Assembly (NCBI GenBank): GCA_018896025.1
Contig: JAHIND010000004.1
Location: 66,512 to 130,511 of the forward strand
DNA: 64,000 bases
Direction: 5' to 3'
Origin: Pseudomonadota bacterium
GTDB lineage: Bacteria; Desulfobacterota; Desulfarculia; Desulfarculales; Desulfarculaceae
Below are positions 1 to 9,086 of this stretch, piece by piece (the stretch's first letter is position 1; every line of letters begins with the position of its first letter). Position numbers and translations under genes: made by a program. The notes under the pieces were generated by a model. It was not told where the DNA came from, made no database searches, and saw only the letters and a list, made by a program, of their open reading frames with translations.

Positions 1-1
1 A

Positions 2-1246
2 GTGCGCATCGCCTTTTCCCTGGGCATGGTCGGCGCGTTGGGGGTTTTGTTTTTGCTGCCCACCCCCCAACTGCAGGTGATAGCCGAGCGGGCCTGGACC
101 AGCGTGAACTCCTTCGCCTTCACCGCGGTGCCCATGTTCATCCTCATGGGGGCCTTTTTGCTGCGTAGCGGGGTGACCAGCGACCTCTTCGGAGTGATGC
201 TCAAATGGCTGGGCCGCTTCCCCGGAGGCATAGCCCACGCCACGGTGGGAGCCTGCGGCATCTTCGCGGCGGTGTCGGGCTCCAGCCTGGCCACCGCCGC
301 CACCATGGGCATGACCGCCTGCCCCGAGATGACCGAGCGGGGCTACAGCCCCCGCCTCACCTATGGGGTGGTGGCTGCGGGCGGCACCCTGGGCATCCTC
401 ATCCCGCCCAGCATCGCCATGATCATCTACGGCTCCCTGGTGGGCGAGCCCATCAGCGCCCTGTTCATCGCTGGCATCCTGCCCGGCGTGTTCCTGATGA
501 TTTCGTTCATGTTGGTCGTCTTCGGCTGGTCTTTCATCTGGCCCTCGGCGGCCCCCCGCGGCGCTCACTACACCTGGGGCCAGAAGTTCCGCTCACTCAC
601 CGGGGTGCTGCCCTTTGTCCTACTCATAGTGGGAGTGCTGGGTTCGCTGTACATGGGCGTGGCCACGCCCACCGAAGCCGGCGCCCTGGGCGCCCTCATC
701 GCCGCCGGGTTGTGCTTCCTCAAAAAGAAGATGACCTTCAAGCTCTTGATGGACTCGGTGATGGAGACGGCCAAGGTCACCTCCTTTTTGATCTTCATCG
801 TGGCCGCCTCCTCGGTGATGGGTTACGCCTTTGACTACATCCGCCTGCCCAAGGTGCTGGTGGAGGTTATGCAAGGGGCCGACCTTACGCCCGGCCTGGT
901 AATCACGGCGTTGGTGATCATCTACATGATCCTGGGCATGTTCATCGACCCGGTGTCCATGATGCTCATGACCCTGTCGGTCTCCTTCCCCATCGTCACC
1001 GCCCTGGGCTTCCACCCCATCTGGTTCGGAGTGGTGCTGGTCATGATGATCGAAATCGGCCTGATCACCCCGCCGGTGGGAGTGATTCTGTTCATCTTGA
1101 AGGGCATGAGCGGAGACATACCCCTCAAGGAGATCGTCATGGGCGTGCTGCCCTTCGTGGGGGTGTTTTTGGCCAACATCGTCCTGTTCTACTTTTTCCC
1201 CGACTTGATTATGTGGCTGCCCGGCCAAATGGGCGCGGCGCAATAG
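2..1246 (+). CDS. dctM: TRAP transporter large permease (DctM family), probably 5'-truncated by the window edge
   Basis: Highly hydrophobic; motifs AVPMFILMG, SGSSLAT, GGTLGILIPPSI, TPTEAGA, ITPPVG typical of DctM. Confidence 0.9.
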   Translation: MRIAFSLGMVGALGVLFLLPTPQLQVIAERAWTSVNSFAFTAVPMFILMGAFLLRSGVTSDLFGVMLKWLGRFPGGIAHATVGACGIFAAVSGSSLATAATMGMTACPEMTERGYSPRLTYGVVAAGGTLGILIPPSIAMIIYGSLVGEPISALFIAGILPGVFLMISFMLVVFGWSFIWPSAAPRGAHYTWGQKFRSLTGVLPFVLLIVGVLGSLYMGVATPTEAGALGALIAAGLCFLKKKMTFKLLMDSVMETAKVTSFLIFIVAASSVMGYAFDYIRLPKVLVEVMQGADLTPGLVITALVIIYMILGMFIDPVSMMLMTLSVSFPIVTALGFHPIWFGVVLVMMIEIGLITPPVGVILFILKGMSGDIPLKEIVMGVLPFVGVFLANIVLFYFFPDLIMWLPGQMGAAQ

Positions 1247-1277
1247 GCCCGGCCGCTAAGCATAAGGAGCAACCTCA

Positions 1278-2081
1278 ATGCCTGAAGCAAACATCGGCGA
1301 AATCACGCTTTACTACGAGATTCACGGCAACGGCCGCCCCCTGGTGATGATCCGGGGCTTGGGCAGCAACGCCGACCACTGGTACAGCCAGGTCCCCACC
1401 TTGTCCGCATGCTACCGGGTCATCGTATTCGACAACCGGGGCATGGCCCGCTCCAGCGATTCGGGCGGACCCTTCACCGTGCGCCAAATGGCCGAGGACA
1501 CCCTGGGCCTGCTGGACGCCCTGGGGCTGGACAAGCCCCTGATCTTCGGGCTCTCCATGGGGGGCATGATCGCCCAGGAGTTGGCCATCAACTATCCGGA
1601 GCGGCTCTCGGGGCTGGTCTTGGCCTGCACCCATCCCGGGGGACCCAATCAGGTGCGGCCCACCGCCGAGGTGGAGGATCTATTCAAGGAGATGGTCTAC
1701 AAGGCCACCCCCGAGGCCAAGCGCGCCGCCGCCGCCACCCTGTTCGACCCCAAGAACCTGGCGGAGCGCCCCCAGGTGGCCGCCGAATACGCCGAGATCA
1801 GCCTGCGCCACCCCGCCGGGCCCGACACACTCACCAAGCAATGGAACGCGGTGCTGGGCCACGACACCTATGACCGCCTTCCCCAAATAAAGGCCCCCAC
1901 CATGGTGCTTACCGGCGACGCCGACAGGCTCATCCCGCCGGGCAACTCCGAGATATTGGCCCAGCGCATTCCCGGCGCCAAGCTGGTGGTGGTCCCCGGC
2001 GGCGGGCACCAGATATTGGTGGAGCAGCCTGAGGCCTGCAACCAGGCGGTGCTGTCTTTTCTGGCGGGACTGGATGACTAA
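1278..2081 (+). CDS. Alpha/beta-fold hydrolase (enol-lactonase/aminoacrylate hydrolase-like)
   Basis: GLSMGG nucleophile elbow, FDNRG, C-terminal GGGH; AGGAG RBS. Confidence 0.85.
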   Translation: MPEANIGEITLYYEIHGNGRPLVMIRGLGSNADHWYSQVPTLSACYRVIVFDNRGMARSSDSGGPFTVRQMAEDTLGLLDALGLDKPLIFGLSMGGMIAQELAINYPERLSGLVLACTHPGGPNQVRPTAEVEDLFKEMVYKATPEAKRAAAATLFDPKNLAERPQVAAEYAEISLRHPAGPDTLTKQWNAVLGHDTYDRLPQIKAPTMVLTGDADRLIPPGNSEILAQRIPGAKLVVVPGGGHQILVEQPEACNQAVLSFLAGLDD

Positions 2082-2154
2082 GCGAACTTTCCCGCTGCTC
2101 ACGACCCAAATTAGGTAGAGGTAAGGCGCTTCCCCTAGAGCATGCCTTGGCCAC

Positions 2155-2196
2155 CATGGGCCGGGCGTCCCGTTAGCCGGGGCGGCCCGGCCCATG
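2155..2196. repeat. GC-rich inverted repeat (hairpin) downstream of the hydrolase
   Basis: CATGGGCCGGGC (2155-2166) pairs with GCCCGGCCCATG (2185-2196). Confidence 0.6.
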
Positions 2197-2251
2197 CCTA
2201 TTTTCTATCCCGCTCCCCATGTGAAATCGGAATTACTCCGCAAAACCCGCC

Positions 2252-2312
2252 TTGACTTTCGCATTGGCAGCGAGCCAAAATGTCATTATTCACATATGTC
2301 ATATGTGACATT
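2252..2312 (+). promoter_or_regulatory. Putative sigma70 promoter and overlapping palindromic operator of the mop operon
   Basis: TTGACT (2252-2257), CAAAAT (2276-2281); perfect palindrome TCACATATG-T-CATATGTGA (2290-2308) overlapping ATGTCA-N4-TGACAT (2296-2311). Confidence 0.55.
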
Positions 2313-2601
2313 ATATTCAGCAGAAACCGGGTGATAACACCTCGAGTTCAGCTACTGTGCAAGGCTTTGCAGGCATACACGGCTCTCTGGAATCCACCGG
2401 TCATCCGCCGGTAGGGGACAACACGGGCCGGAAAACCTGGAAGCCGAAACCACGCCCGGCCAACGGGCATCCTGCGCGCACACCACGACCATTTCAACCA
2501 GATCGCCAAAGGGTTCCCAAACAGTTGCCCAGCCATGTGGCCGGCCTGATCGGACCGGCGCATCTGAGCGCTAAATCGCCACCGACAAAAGGGGGACAGA
2601 G

Positions 2602-5319
2602 ATGCTGAAATTGACTTTGGAGATCAACGGCCAGCCCAAGACCGTGGTGGCTGCCTCGGACGAATCCCTGGCCAACGTGCTGCGGGAAAACCTGGGCCTG
2701 ACCGGAACCAAGGTAGGATGCGGCGAGGGGCAGTGCGGCTGCTGCAACGTCATTTTGGACGGCAAGCTGGTGCGCTCCTGCGTCACCAAGATGTCCAAAG
2801 TCCCCAACGGCGCCTCGGTGGAGACCATCGAGGGAGTGGGCACCCCCAAGGACCCCCATCCCTTGCAGGTGGCCTGGATGGTGCACGGCGGGTCCCAGTG
2901 CGGCTTCTGCACCCCCGGCTTCATAGTCTCGGCCAAGGCCCTGCTGGACAGCAACCTCAGCCCCACCCGGGAAGAGGTGCGCGACTGGTTCCAGGTGCAC
3001 CGCAACGCCTGCCGCTGCACCGGCTACCGCCAGCTGGTGGACGCGGTGATGGACGGAGCCAAGGTGCTCCGGGGCGAGATGACCATCGAGGAGCTTAGCT
3101 ACAAGCTACCCGACGACGGCCAGATATGGGGCGGCACCTACCCGCGCCCCTCGTCCCTGGCCAAGGCGACCGGCACCCTGGACTACGGCGCGGACCTGGG
3201 TATCAAGATGCCTCCCGGCACCCTGCAACTGGCTCTGGTGCAGGCCGACGTGTCCCACGCCAACATCCTGTCCATAGACACCAGCGCGGCCGAAAAGATG
3301 CCCGGCGTGGTCAAGGTGGTGACCGCCAAGGACATCAAGGGCAAGAACCGCATCACCGGCCTGATCACCTTCCCCACCAACCTGGGCGACGGCTGGGACC
3401 GCCCCATTCTCTGCGACGAAAAGGTCTATCAATACGGCGACGCCATTGCCATCGTCTGCGCCAACACCCTGGCCCAAGCCAAGGAGGCGGCGGCCAAGGT
3501 CAAGGTGGAGTTGGAAAAACTGCCCGCCTACATGAGCGCCCCGGCGGCCATGGCCGAGGACGCCATGGAGATCCACCCCGGCACGCCCAATGTCTACTAC
3601 ATCCAAAAAATCGCCAAGGGCGAGGAAACCGGCCCCATCTTTGAAAAGGCCGCGATGGTGGTGGAGGACGACTTCTACGTGGGCCGTCAGCCCCACATGC
3701 CCATGGAGCCGGACGTGGGCTTCGCCTTCGTCAACCACGAGGGCAAGCTCTACATCCACTCCAAGTCCATCGGCCTGCACCTGCACGCGGCCATGATCGC
3801 CCCCGGCCTGGGGGTGGAGATGGAAAAGCTGGTGATGGTGCAGAACCCGGCGGGCGGGACCTTCGGCTACAAGTTCAGCCCCACCATGGAGGCCCTGGTG
3901 GGCGCGGCCTGTCTGGCCACCGGCAAGCCGGTGTTTTTGCGCTACAACTACCACCAGCAGATGACCTACACCGGCAAGCGCTCCCCCTTCTTCGTCAACA
4001 TGCGCCTGGCCGCCGACAACGAGGGCAAGCTCCTGGGCATGGAGACCGACTGGTCGGTGGACCACGGCCCCTATTCGGAGTTCGGTGATCTGCTCACCCT
4101 GCGCGGAGCCCAGTTCATGGGCGCGGGCTACGACATCCCGGCCATCCGGGGCGAAGGCCGCACGGTGTGCACCAACCACGCCTGGGGCTCGGCCTTCAGG
4201 GCTTACGGCTCGCCCCAGAGCGAGTTCGCCTCCGAGGTGCTCGTGGACGAGTTGGCCGAGAAGCTGAGCATGGACCCCTTGGAGCTGCGCTACAAGAACG
4301 TCTACCGCCCCGGCTCCACCACCCCCACCGGCCAGGAGCCGGAGGTCTACTCCCTGCCCGAGATGATCGACATCCTGCGGCCCAAGTACGAGGCCGCCAT
4401 GGCCAAAGCCAAAGAAAACTCCACCAACGAGGTCAAGCGGGGAGTAGGCATCTCTCTCGGGGTATACGGCTGCGGCCTGGACGGACCCGACGCCTCCGAG
4501 GTGCAGGTGGAGCTGAACCAGGACGACACGGTGACCATCTACTCCTGCTGGCAGGACCACGGCCAGGGTGCGGACATGGGCGCCTTGGGCACCGCCCACC
4601 AGGCCTTGCGCCCCCTGGGCCTGTCCCCCGAGCAGATCCGTCTGATCATGAACGACACCGCCCTGGCCCCCAACAGCGGCCCCTCCGGCGGCAGCCGCCA
4701 GCAGGTGATGACCGGCCAGGCCATCAAAAACGGCTGCGAAAACTTGCTTGGCGCCATGCGCAAGGACGACGGCGGCTACCGCAACTTCAGCGAGATGATG
4801 GGCGCGGGGATTGCGGTGCGCCATGACGGCAAGTGGACCGCCCCGGCCAGCAACTGCGACGAGAACGGCCAAGGCAATCCCTTCTCGGTGTACATGTACG
4901 GCGTGTTCATGGCCGAGGTGGCGGTGGAAGTGTCCACCGGCAAGACCTCGGTGGAGAAGATGACCCTGGTGGCCGACATAGGCGAGATCAACAACCGCCT
5001 GGTGACCGACGGCCAACTATACGGAGGACTGGCTCAGGGCATCGGCCTGGCGCTGACCGAAGACTTCGAGGACATCCAAAAGCACTCCACCCTCCGGGGC
5101 GCGGGCTTCCCCTACGCCAAGGAGATTCCCGACGACTTGGAGCTGATCTACGTGGAGAGTCCGCGTCCGGCAGGCCCCTTCGGCGCGGCAGGGGTGGGCG
5201 AGCTTCCCTTGACCAGCCCTCACGCGGCCATAATCAACGCCATCTACAACGCCTGCAGGGCCCGCATCACCGTGCTGCCCGCCAGGCCGGAAAAGGTGCT
5301 GGCCGCCCTGCAAAGCTGA
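2602..5319 (+). CDS. mop: Molybdopterin-dependent aldehyde oxidoreductase (Mop/MOD type, 2x[2Fe-2S] + Mo domains)
   Basis: 905 aa; CGEGQCGCC and QCGFC...CRCTGY Fe-S motifs; GGTFGYK, AFRAYG, SGGSRQ, GVGE Mo-hydroxylase motifs; no FAD domain. Confidence 0.93.
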   Translation: MLKLTLEINGQPKTVVAASDESLANVLRENLGLTGTKVGCGEGQCGCCNVILDGKLVRSCVTKMSKVPNGASVETIEGVGTPKDPHPLQVAWMVHGGSQCGFCTPGFIVSAKALLDSNLSPTREEVRDWFQVHRNACRCTGYRQLVDAVMDGAKVLRGEMTIEELSYKLPDDGQIWGGTYPRPSSLAKATGTLDYGADLGIKMPPGTLQLALVQADVSHANILSIDTSAAEKMPGVVKVVTAKDIKGKNRITGLITFPTNLGDGWDRPILCDEKVYQYGDAIAIVCANTLAQAKEAAAKVKVELEKLPAYMSAPAAMAEDAMEIHPGTPNVYYIQKIAKGEETGPIFEKAAMVVEDDFYVGRQPHMPMEPDVGFAFVNHEGKLYIHSKSIGLHLHAAMIAPGLGVEMEKLVMVQNPAGGTFGYKFSPTMEALVGAACLATGKPVFLRYNYHQQMTYTGKRSPFFVNMRLAADNEGKLLGMETDWSVDHGPYSEFGDLLTLRGAQFMGAGYDIPAIRGEGRTVCTNHAWGSAFRAYGSPQSEFASEVLVDELAEKLSMDPLELRYKNVYRPGSTTPTGQEPEVYSLPEMIDILRPKYEAAMAKAKENSTNEVKRGVGISLGVYGCGLDGPDASEVQVELNQDDTVTIYSCWQDHGQGADMGALGTAHQALRPLGLSPEQIRLIMNDTALAPNSGPSGGSRQQVMTGQAIKNGCENLLGAMRKDDGGYRNFSEMMGAGIAVRHDGKWTAPASNCDENGQGNPFSVYMYGVFMAEVAVEVSTGKTSVEKMTLVADIGEINNRLVTDGQLYGGLAQGIGLALTEDFEDIQKHSTLRGAGFPYAKEIPDDLELIYVESPRPAGPFGAAGVGELPLTSPHAAIINAIYNACRARITVLPARPEKVLAALQS

Positions 5320-5333
5320 CCAACCTAAAACGC

Positions 5334-5366
5334 GCGGCCGGGGCGCAGGCCCCGGCCGCCTTTTTT
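5334..5366 (+). terminator. Intrinsic terminator-like hairpin inside the operon after mop
   Basis: GCGGCCGGGG / CCCCGGCCGC stem followed by CTTTTTT. Confidence 0.7.
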
Positions 5367-5388
5367 CCGGCGGAATTAAGTAGCGCCT

Positions 5389-7695
5389 ATGGACCAAAAG
5401 CAGCTGCGAGAGCTGGAGAGCCGCTGCATCGAGGAGAACCCTCCCTGGTGCGCCGCCGCTTGTCCGTTGCATGTCGACGCCAGGGCCCTGTGCGGCCGGG
5501 TGGCGGGGGGCGACTGGGTCGGGGCCTGGAAGGTTCTGCTGCGCACCATGCCCCTGCCCGGCGTCCTGGGCCGCATCTGCGATGCCCCCTGCCGCGAGCG
5601 CTGCAAACGCGGCCAGGCCGGGGAGGCCATCGCCATCAACCAATTGGAGCGGGCCTGCGTGATGCACGCCACGCCTGCTAGGCCCAGGGCGATACTGCCC
5701 GCCCGCCGGGAACGGGCCGCCGTGCTGGGTAGCGGGCTGGCCGGGCTCACCGCCGCCTGGGACCTGGTGCGCAAGGGCTTCCAGGTCACTTTGCATGAGC
5801 CGGACGCGACCCTGGCCGCTGGCCTTCAAGAACGCTACGCCAAGCAGGTGCCCCCTGAGGTGTTCGCGGCCGAGCTGGCCCTGCTCACCGGCTCCGGGGT
5901 GCGGGTGGAGCTGAACGCGCCGCTGTATGAAGACAATTTTCTGGAGCGCTGCCTGGCCGAGGGCGGAGCGGTGTTCCTCTCCCTGGACGCCCTGGACCCA
6001 GAGCCCTGGCCCTTGGAGCGCGACACCAAGGGCCGCATCGCCGTGCCCTCCCCGGCCCAGACCACGGCCCGCAAAGGCGTGTTCGCGGGCGGCCTGGAGC
6101 ATGGCGACTCGCCGGTGTGGCAGGCGGCCCAGGGGCGCTGGGGGGCCACCTCCATTGACCGCTATTTGCAAGGCGTGTCCCCCACCGCCGGGCGGGAAAA
6201 AGACGGCCCCTACGAGACGCGCCTGTTCACCAGCCTGGAGGGGGTGGAGCCTTTGCCCATGGTGCCCGTCGGGCCCGAAGGCTACGACGACGCGACGGCG
6301 GCCCAAGAGGCGGGGCGCTGCTTGCAGTGCCACTGTCTGGAGTGCGTCAAGGTCTGTCCCTATCTGGAGAGCTTCGGGGCCTATCCCAAAAAATACGCCA
6401 GGGAGATATACAACAACCAGTCCATCGTCATGGGAGCCCGCCAGGCCAACAAGCTCATCAACTCCTGCAGCCTGTGCGGCCTGTGCGAGGCGGTGTGCCC
6501 CGAGGACTTCCCCATGCAGACCCTGTGCCTGGCCACCCGGCAAGAGATGGTGACCAAGGGAAAGATGCCGCCCTCTGCCCACGAGTTCGCCTTGCTGGAC
6601 ATGGAGTTCAGCCTGGGGGAACGCTTCCGCCTGGCCCGTCACCAGCCGGAGCACCAGACCAGCGCCCGGCTGTTCTTTCCCGGCTGCCAGCTGGCCGCCT
6701 CGGCTCCCGGCCAGGTGCGCCGGGTGTACCAGCACTTATGCACCAGCCTACCCGGCGGGGTGGGCCTGATGCTGGCCTGTTGCGGAGCCCCGGCCCACTG
6801 GGCCGGACAGGAGGCCAAGAGCCGGGAGGTGGTCCAGGACTGGCTAAAGGACTGGCGCGGCCTGGGGTCGCCGCAGGTGATCATGGCCTGTTCCTCCTGC
6901 CGCGATATTTTCCGCACCTACCTGCCCGAGGTGGAGCAGGTGTTCTTGTGGGAGATGCTGCGCGAGACGGGCCTGGAAATAGAGCAAGCGCCCGGAGCCC
7001 CCCTGGCCATACATGATCCCTGCACCACCCGCCACGATCCCCAGGCCCAGGCCACCATGCGTGCCGTGCTGGGCGAGGCCGGGGTGGAGTTGGAGGAGCT
7101 GCGCTTGGGCCGGGAACTGACCGAGTGCTGCGGCTACGGCGGGCTTATGGCCAACGCCAACCCCGAGCTGGCCAAGGAAGTGATCACCCGCCGGGGCGGA
7201 CAGAGCCCCAGAGACTTTCTGGCCTACTGCGCGGTGTGCCGCGACCGCTTGGCCGCTGTGGGCAAGCGGGCCTTGCACGCCCTGGACCTTTATTTCCCCG
7301 AGCCCGGCAGTGACGACCCGGCGGCCCGGCCCAGCCCCGGCTGGTCTGAACGCCGAGAGAACCGGGCCCGCCTCAAGGACGAGCTCTTGCGCGACCTATG
7401 GAAGGAGGAGCCCCCGGCCATGGAGGCCCACCGCGAAATAGCCTTGCTGATCACCCCCGAGGTGGCCGGGCTGCTGGAGCAGCGGCGCATTCTCATAGAT
7501 GACTTGCAAAGGGTCATCCACCACGCCGAGCGCAGCGGCGACAAGCTGACCCACCCGGACAGCGGCCATTTCTTGGCCTCGTTTCGGCCCTACAAGGCCA
7601 CCTTCTGGGTGGAGTACAGCCCCGCCCAGGACGGGTTCCAGGTGCACAATGCCTACTCCCACCGCATGACCATCAAGGCGGGAGGGCGGCCATGA
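5389..7695 (+). CDS. Pyridine nucleotide-disulfide oxidoreductase / dicluster-binding / CCG-domain protein (mop-operon accessory)
   Basis: GltD-like N-terminal CAAACP...CDAPC, GSGLAG dinucleotide motif, CLECVKVCP and CSLCGLCEAVCP ferredoxin motifs, two CCG motifs. Confidence 0.85.
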   Translation: MDQKQLRELESRCIEENPPWCAAACPLHVDARALCGRVAGGDWVGAWKVLLRTMPLPGVLGRICDAPCRERCKRGQAGEAIAINQLERACVMHATPARPRAILPARRERAAVLGSGLAGLTAAWDLVRKGFQVTLHEPDATLAAGLQERYAKQVPPEVFAAELALLTGSGVRVELNAPLYEDNFLERCLAEGGAVFLSLDALDPEPWPLERDTKGRIAVPSPAQTTARKGVFAGGLEHGDSPVWQAAQGRWGATSIDRYLQGVSPTAGREKDGPYETRLFTSLEGVEPLPMVPVGPEGYDDATAAQEAGRCLQCHCLECVKVCPYLESFGAYPKKYAREIYNNQSIVMGARQANKLINSCSLCGLCEAVCPEDFPMQTLCLATRQEMVTKGKMPPSAHEFALLDMEFSLGERFRLARHQPEHQTSARLFFPGCQLAASAPGQVRRVYQHLCTSLPGGVGLMLACCGAPAHWAGQEAKSREVVQDWLKDWRGLGSPQVIMACSSCRDIFRTYLPEVEQVFLWEMLRETGLEIEQAPGAPLAIHDPCTTRHDPQAQATMRAVLGEAGVELEELRLGRELTECCGYGGLMANANPELAKEVITRRGGQSPRDFLAYCAVCRDRLAAVGKRALHALDLYFPEPGSDDPAARPSPGWSERRENRARLKDELLRDLWKEEPPAMEAHREIALLITPEVAGLLEQRRILIDDLQRVIHHAERSGDKLTHPDSGHFLASFRPYKATFWVEYSPAQDGFQVHNAYSHRMTIKAGGRP

Positions 7696-7904
7696 ACATG
7701 GAGAACATCCGCCCCGGCGATCTGGAGTGGCGCTGCCAAAAGTGCGGCGGCAACCTGGAACCGGCCATGGTTACCGTGGAGTACCTGGGCAACGAATTCA
7801 CTACCGAGCTGCCCCGCTGCCCGCGCTGCGGCCTGGTGATGATCTCCGAGTCCCTGGCTCTGGGCAAGATGGCCGAGGTGGAGCAGATACTGGAGGACAA
7901 ATGA
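7692..7904 (+). CDS. Small CxxC...CxxC zinc-ribbon/redox protein (DVU_1557-like)
   Basis: CQKC...CPRC; ATGA overlap with both neighbours. Confidence 0.75.
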   Translation: MNMENIRPGDLEWRCQKCGGNLEPAMVTVEYLGNEFTTELPRCPRCGLVMISESLALGKMAEVEQILEDK

Positions 7905-8632
7905 GCCGCGAATCCGCCGCGCCCTATGAATCGCCCGAGTTGCGCCGGGTGACCGGCCCGGCTCTGCGCCCCGGCGGCCTGGCTCTGACCGAGAGGGCAG
8001 TGGAGTTGTGCGGTTTCGCGCCGGGGGAGCGGGTGCTGGACATCGGCTGCGGCTTGGGGACCAGCGTGCATCACCTGGCCGAGGCGCACGGCTTCAACGC
8101 CTTGGGCCTGGACCTGTCGCCAATGATGCTGGCCCAGGCCCGCCAAGAGCACCCTGGCCTGGTCTTGCTGCGCGGCGAGGCCTCGGCCCTTCCCCTGGCA
8201 TCGGCCAGCCTGCATGGAGTCTTTCTGGAATGCGTGCTCTCCCTGGCCGCCTCGCCATCAGCCGCGCTGGCCGAGTGTTACCGAGTGCTCCGGCCCGGCG
8301 GCTGGCTGGTGCTCAGCGATCTCTATTTTCGTGCGCCGCAATTGGTTGCCGTAGATTCGCCCTTGCCCGGTTGCCTGGGCGGGGCGCGCGGCCGCGAGGG
8401 TTGGCAGGATATGGTGCGTGCGGCAGGGCTGGAGTTGACGATTTGGGAAGACCATTCCGACTACCTGCGGCAACTGGCCGCCCAACTCGCCTGGTCCCAG
8501 GGATCGGCCACGGCCCTGTGGGGAGACTGCGGCAGCGGAGACAGCTGCCGAGACATGAATGAAAAAATTGCACGAGTGCGGCCCGGCTATTTTCTATTGC
8601 TGGCCCGGAAAAAGGCGGAGCGCCATGGATGA
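7901..8632 (+). CDS. Class I SAM-dependent methyltransferase (DVU_1556-like)
   Basis: VLDIGCGLG motif I, LRPGG, GCLGGA; start set at ATG 7901 overlapping the upstream stop. Confidence 0.85.
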   Translation: MSRESAAPYESPELRRVTGPALRPGGLALTERAVELCGFAPGERVLDIGCGLGTSVHHLAEAHGFNALGLDLSPMMLAQARQEHPGLVLLRGEASALPLASASLHGVFLECVLSLAASPSAALAECYRVLRPGGWLVLSDLYFRAPQLVAVDSPLPGCLGGARGREGWQDMVRAAGLELTIWEDHSDYLRQLAAQLAWSQGSATALWGDCGSGDSCRDMNEKIARVRPGYFLLLARKKAERHG

Positions 8633-9086
8633 CACCACGATCAGAGTTATGCGCCTGGCCTCCCAGGGCCTTTATTGCAGCCAAATAATCATGGCCCTGG
8701 CCCTGGAGATCAGCGGGCGCAGCAACCCGGATCTGATCCGCTCCCTGGCCGGGCTGGCCTTTGGCTGTGGCACGGGCAAGGGAAACTGCGGGGTGCTCAC
8801 CGGCGGCTGTTGCGTACTGGCCCTGCACGCGGGCAAGGGAGGCGCGGAGGAGCAAGAGCATCCTGCGCTTATGCCCATGCTGGAGGAGTTCGGCGACTGG
8901 TTCGCGGCCCAGGCCCAGGGCGAGGGCGGCGCGGTGAGCTGCTCGGCCATCATGGGCGACGTCGCGCCCCGCCAGCCCCAGCAAAAATGCGGCCTGATGG
9001 TGGCCCAGGCATTCGGCAAGCTGATGGAGCTGCTCGCGGCCAACGGCTTCGATCTGGCCGACCCCGGCGAGGACGATGGATACTGA
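8625..9086 (+). CDS. C-GCAxxG-C-C family protein (DVU_1555-like)
   Basis: CSQ...GLAFG...CGVLTGG...C...C pattern; start ATG 8625. Confidence 0.85.
   Translation: MDDTTIRVMRLASQGLYCSQIIMALALEISGRSNPDLIRSLAGLAFGCGTGKGNCGVLTGGCCVLALHAGKGGAEEQEHPALMPMLEEFGDWFAAQAQGEGGAVSCSAIMGDVAPRQPQQKCGLMVAQAFGKLMELLAANGFDLADPGEDDGY

Noticed and set aside
2313-2601. Possible Moco/Tuco riboswitch in the long mop leader
   Set aside because: I could not find the conserved elements of the Moco RNA motif by eye; an Rfam scan would settle it.
3106-5016. Long antisense or alternate-frame ORFs (e.g. 3106-5016, 5017-6735, 13081-14619, 16245-18053, 18063-19724, 54553-56607)
   Set aside because: They lie opposite well-supported genes, have no recognisable motifs, and are expected shadows of GC3-rich codon usage.
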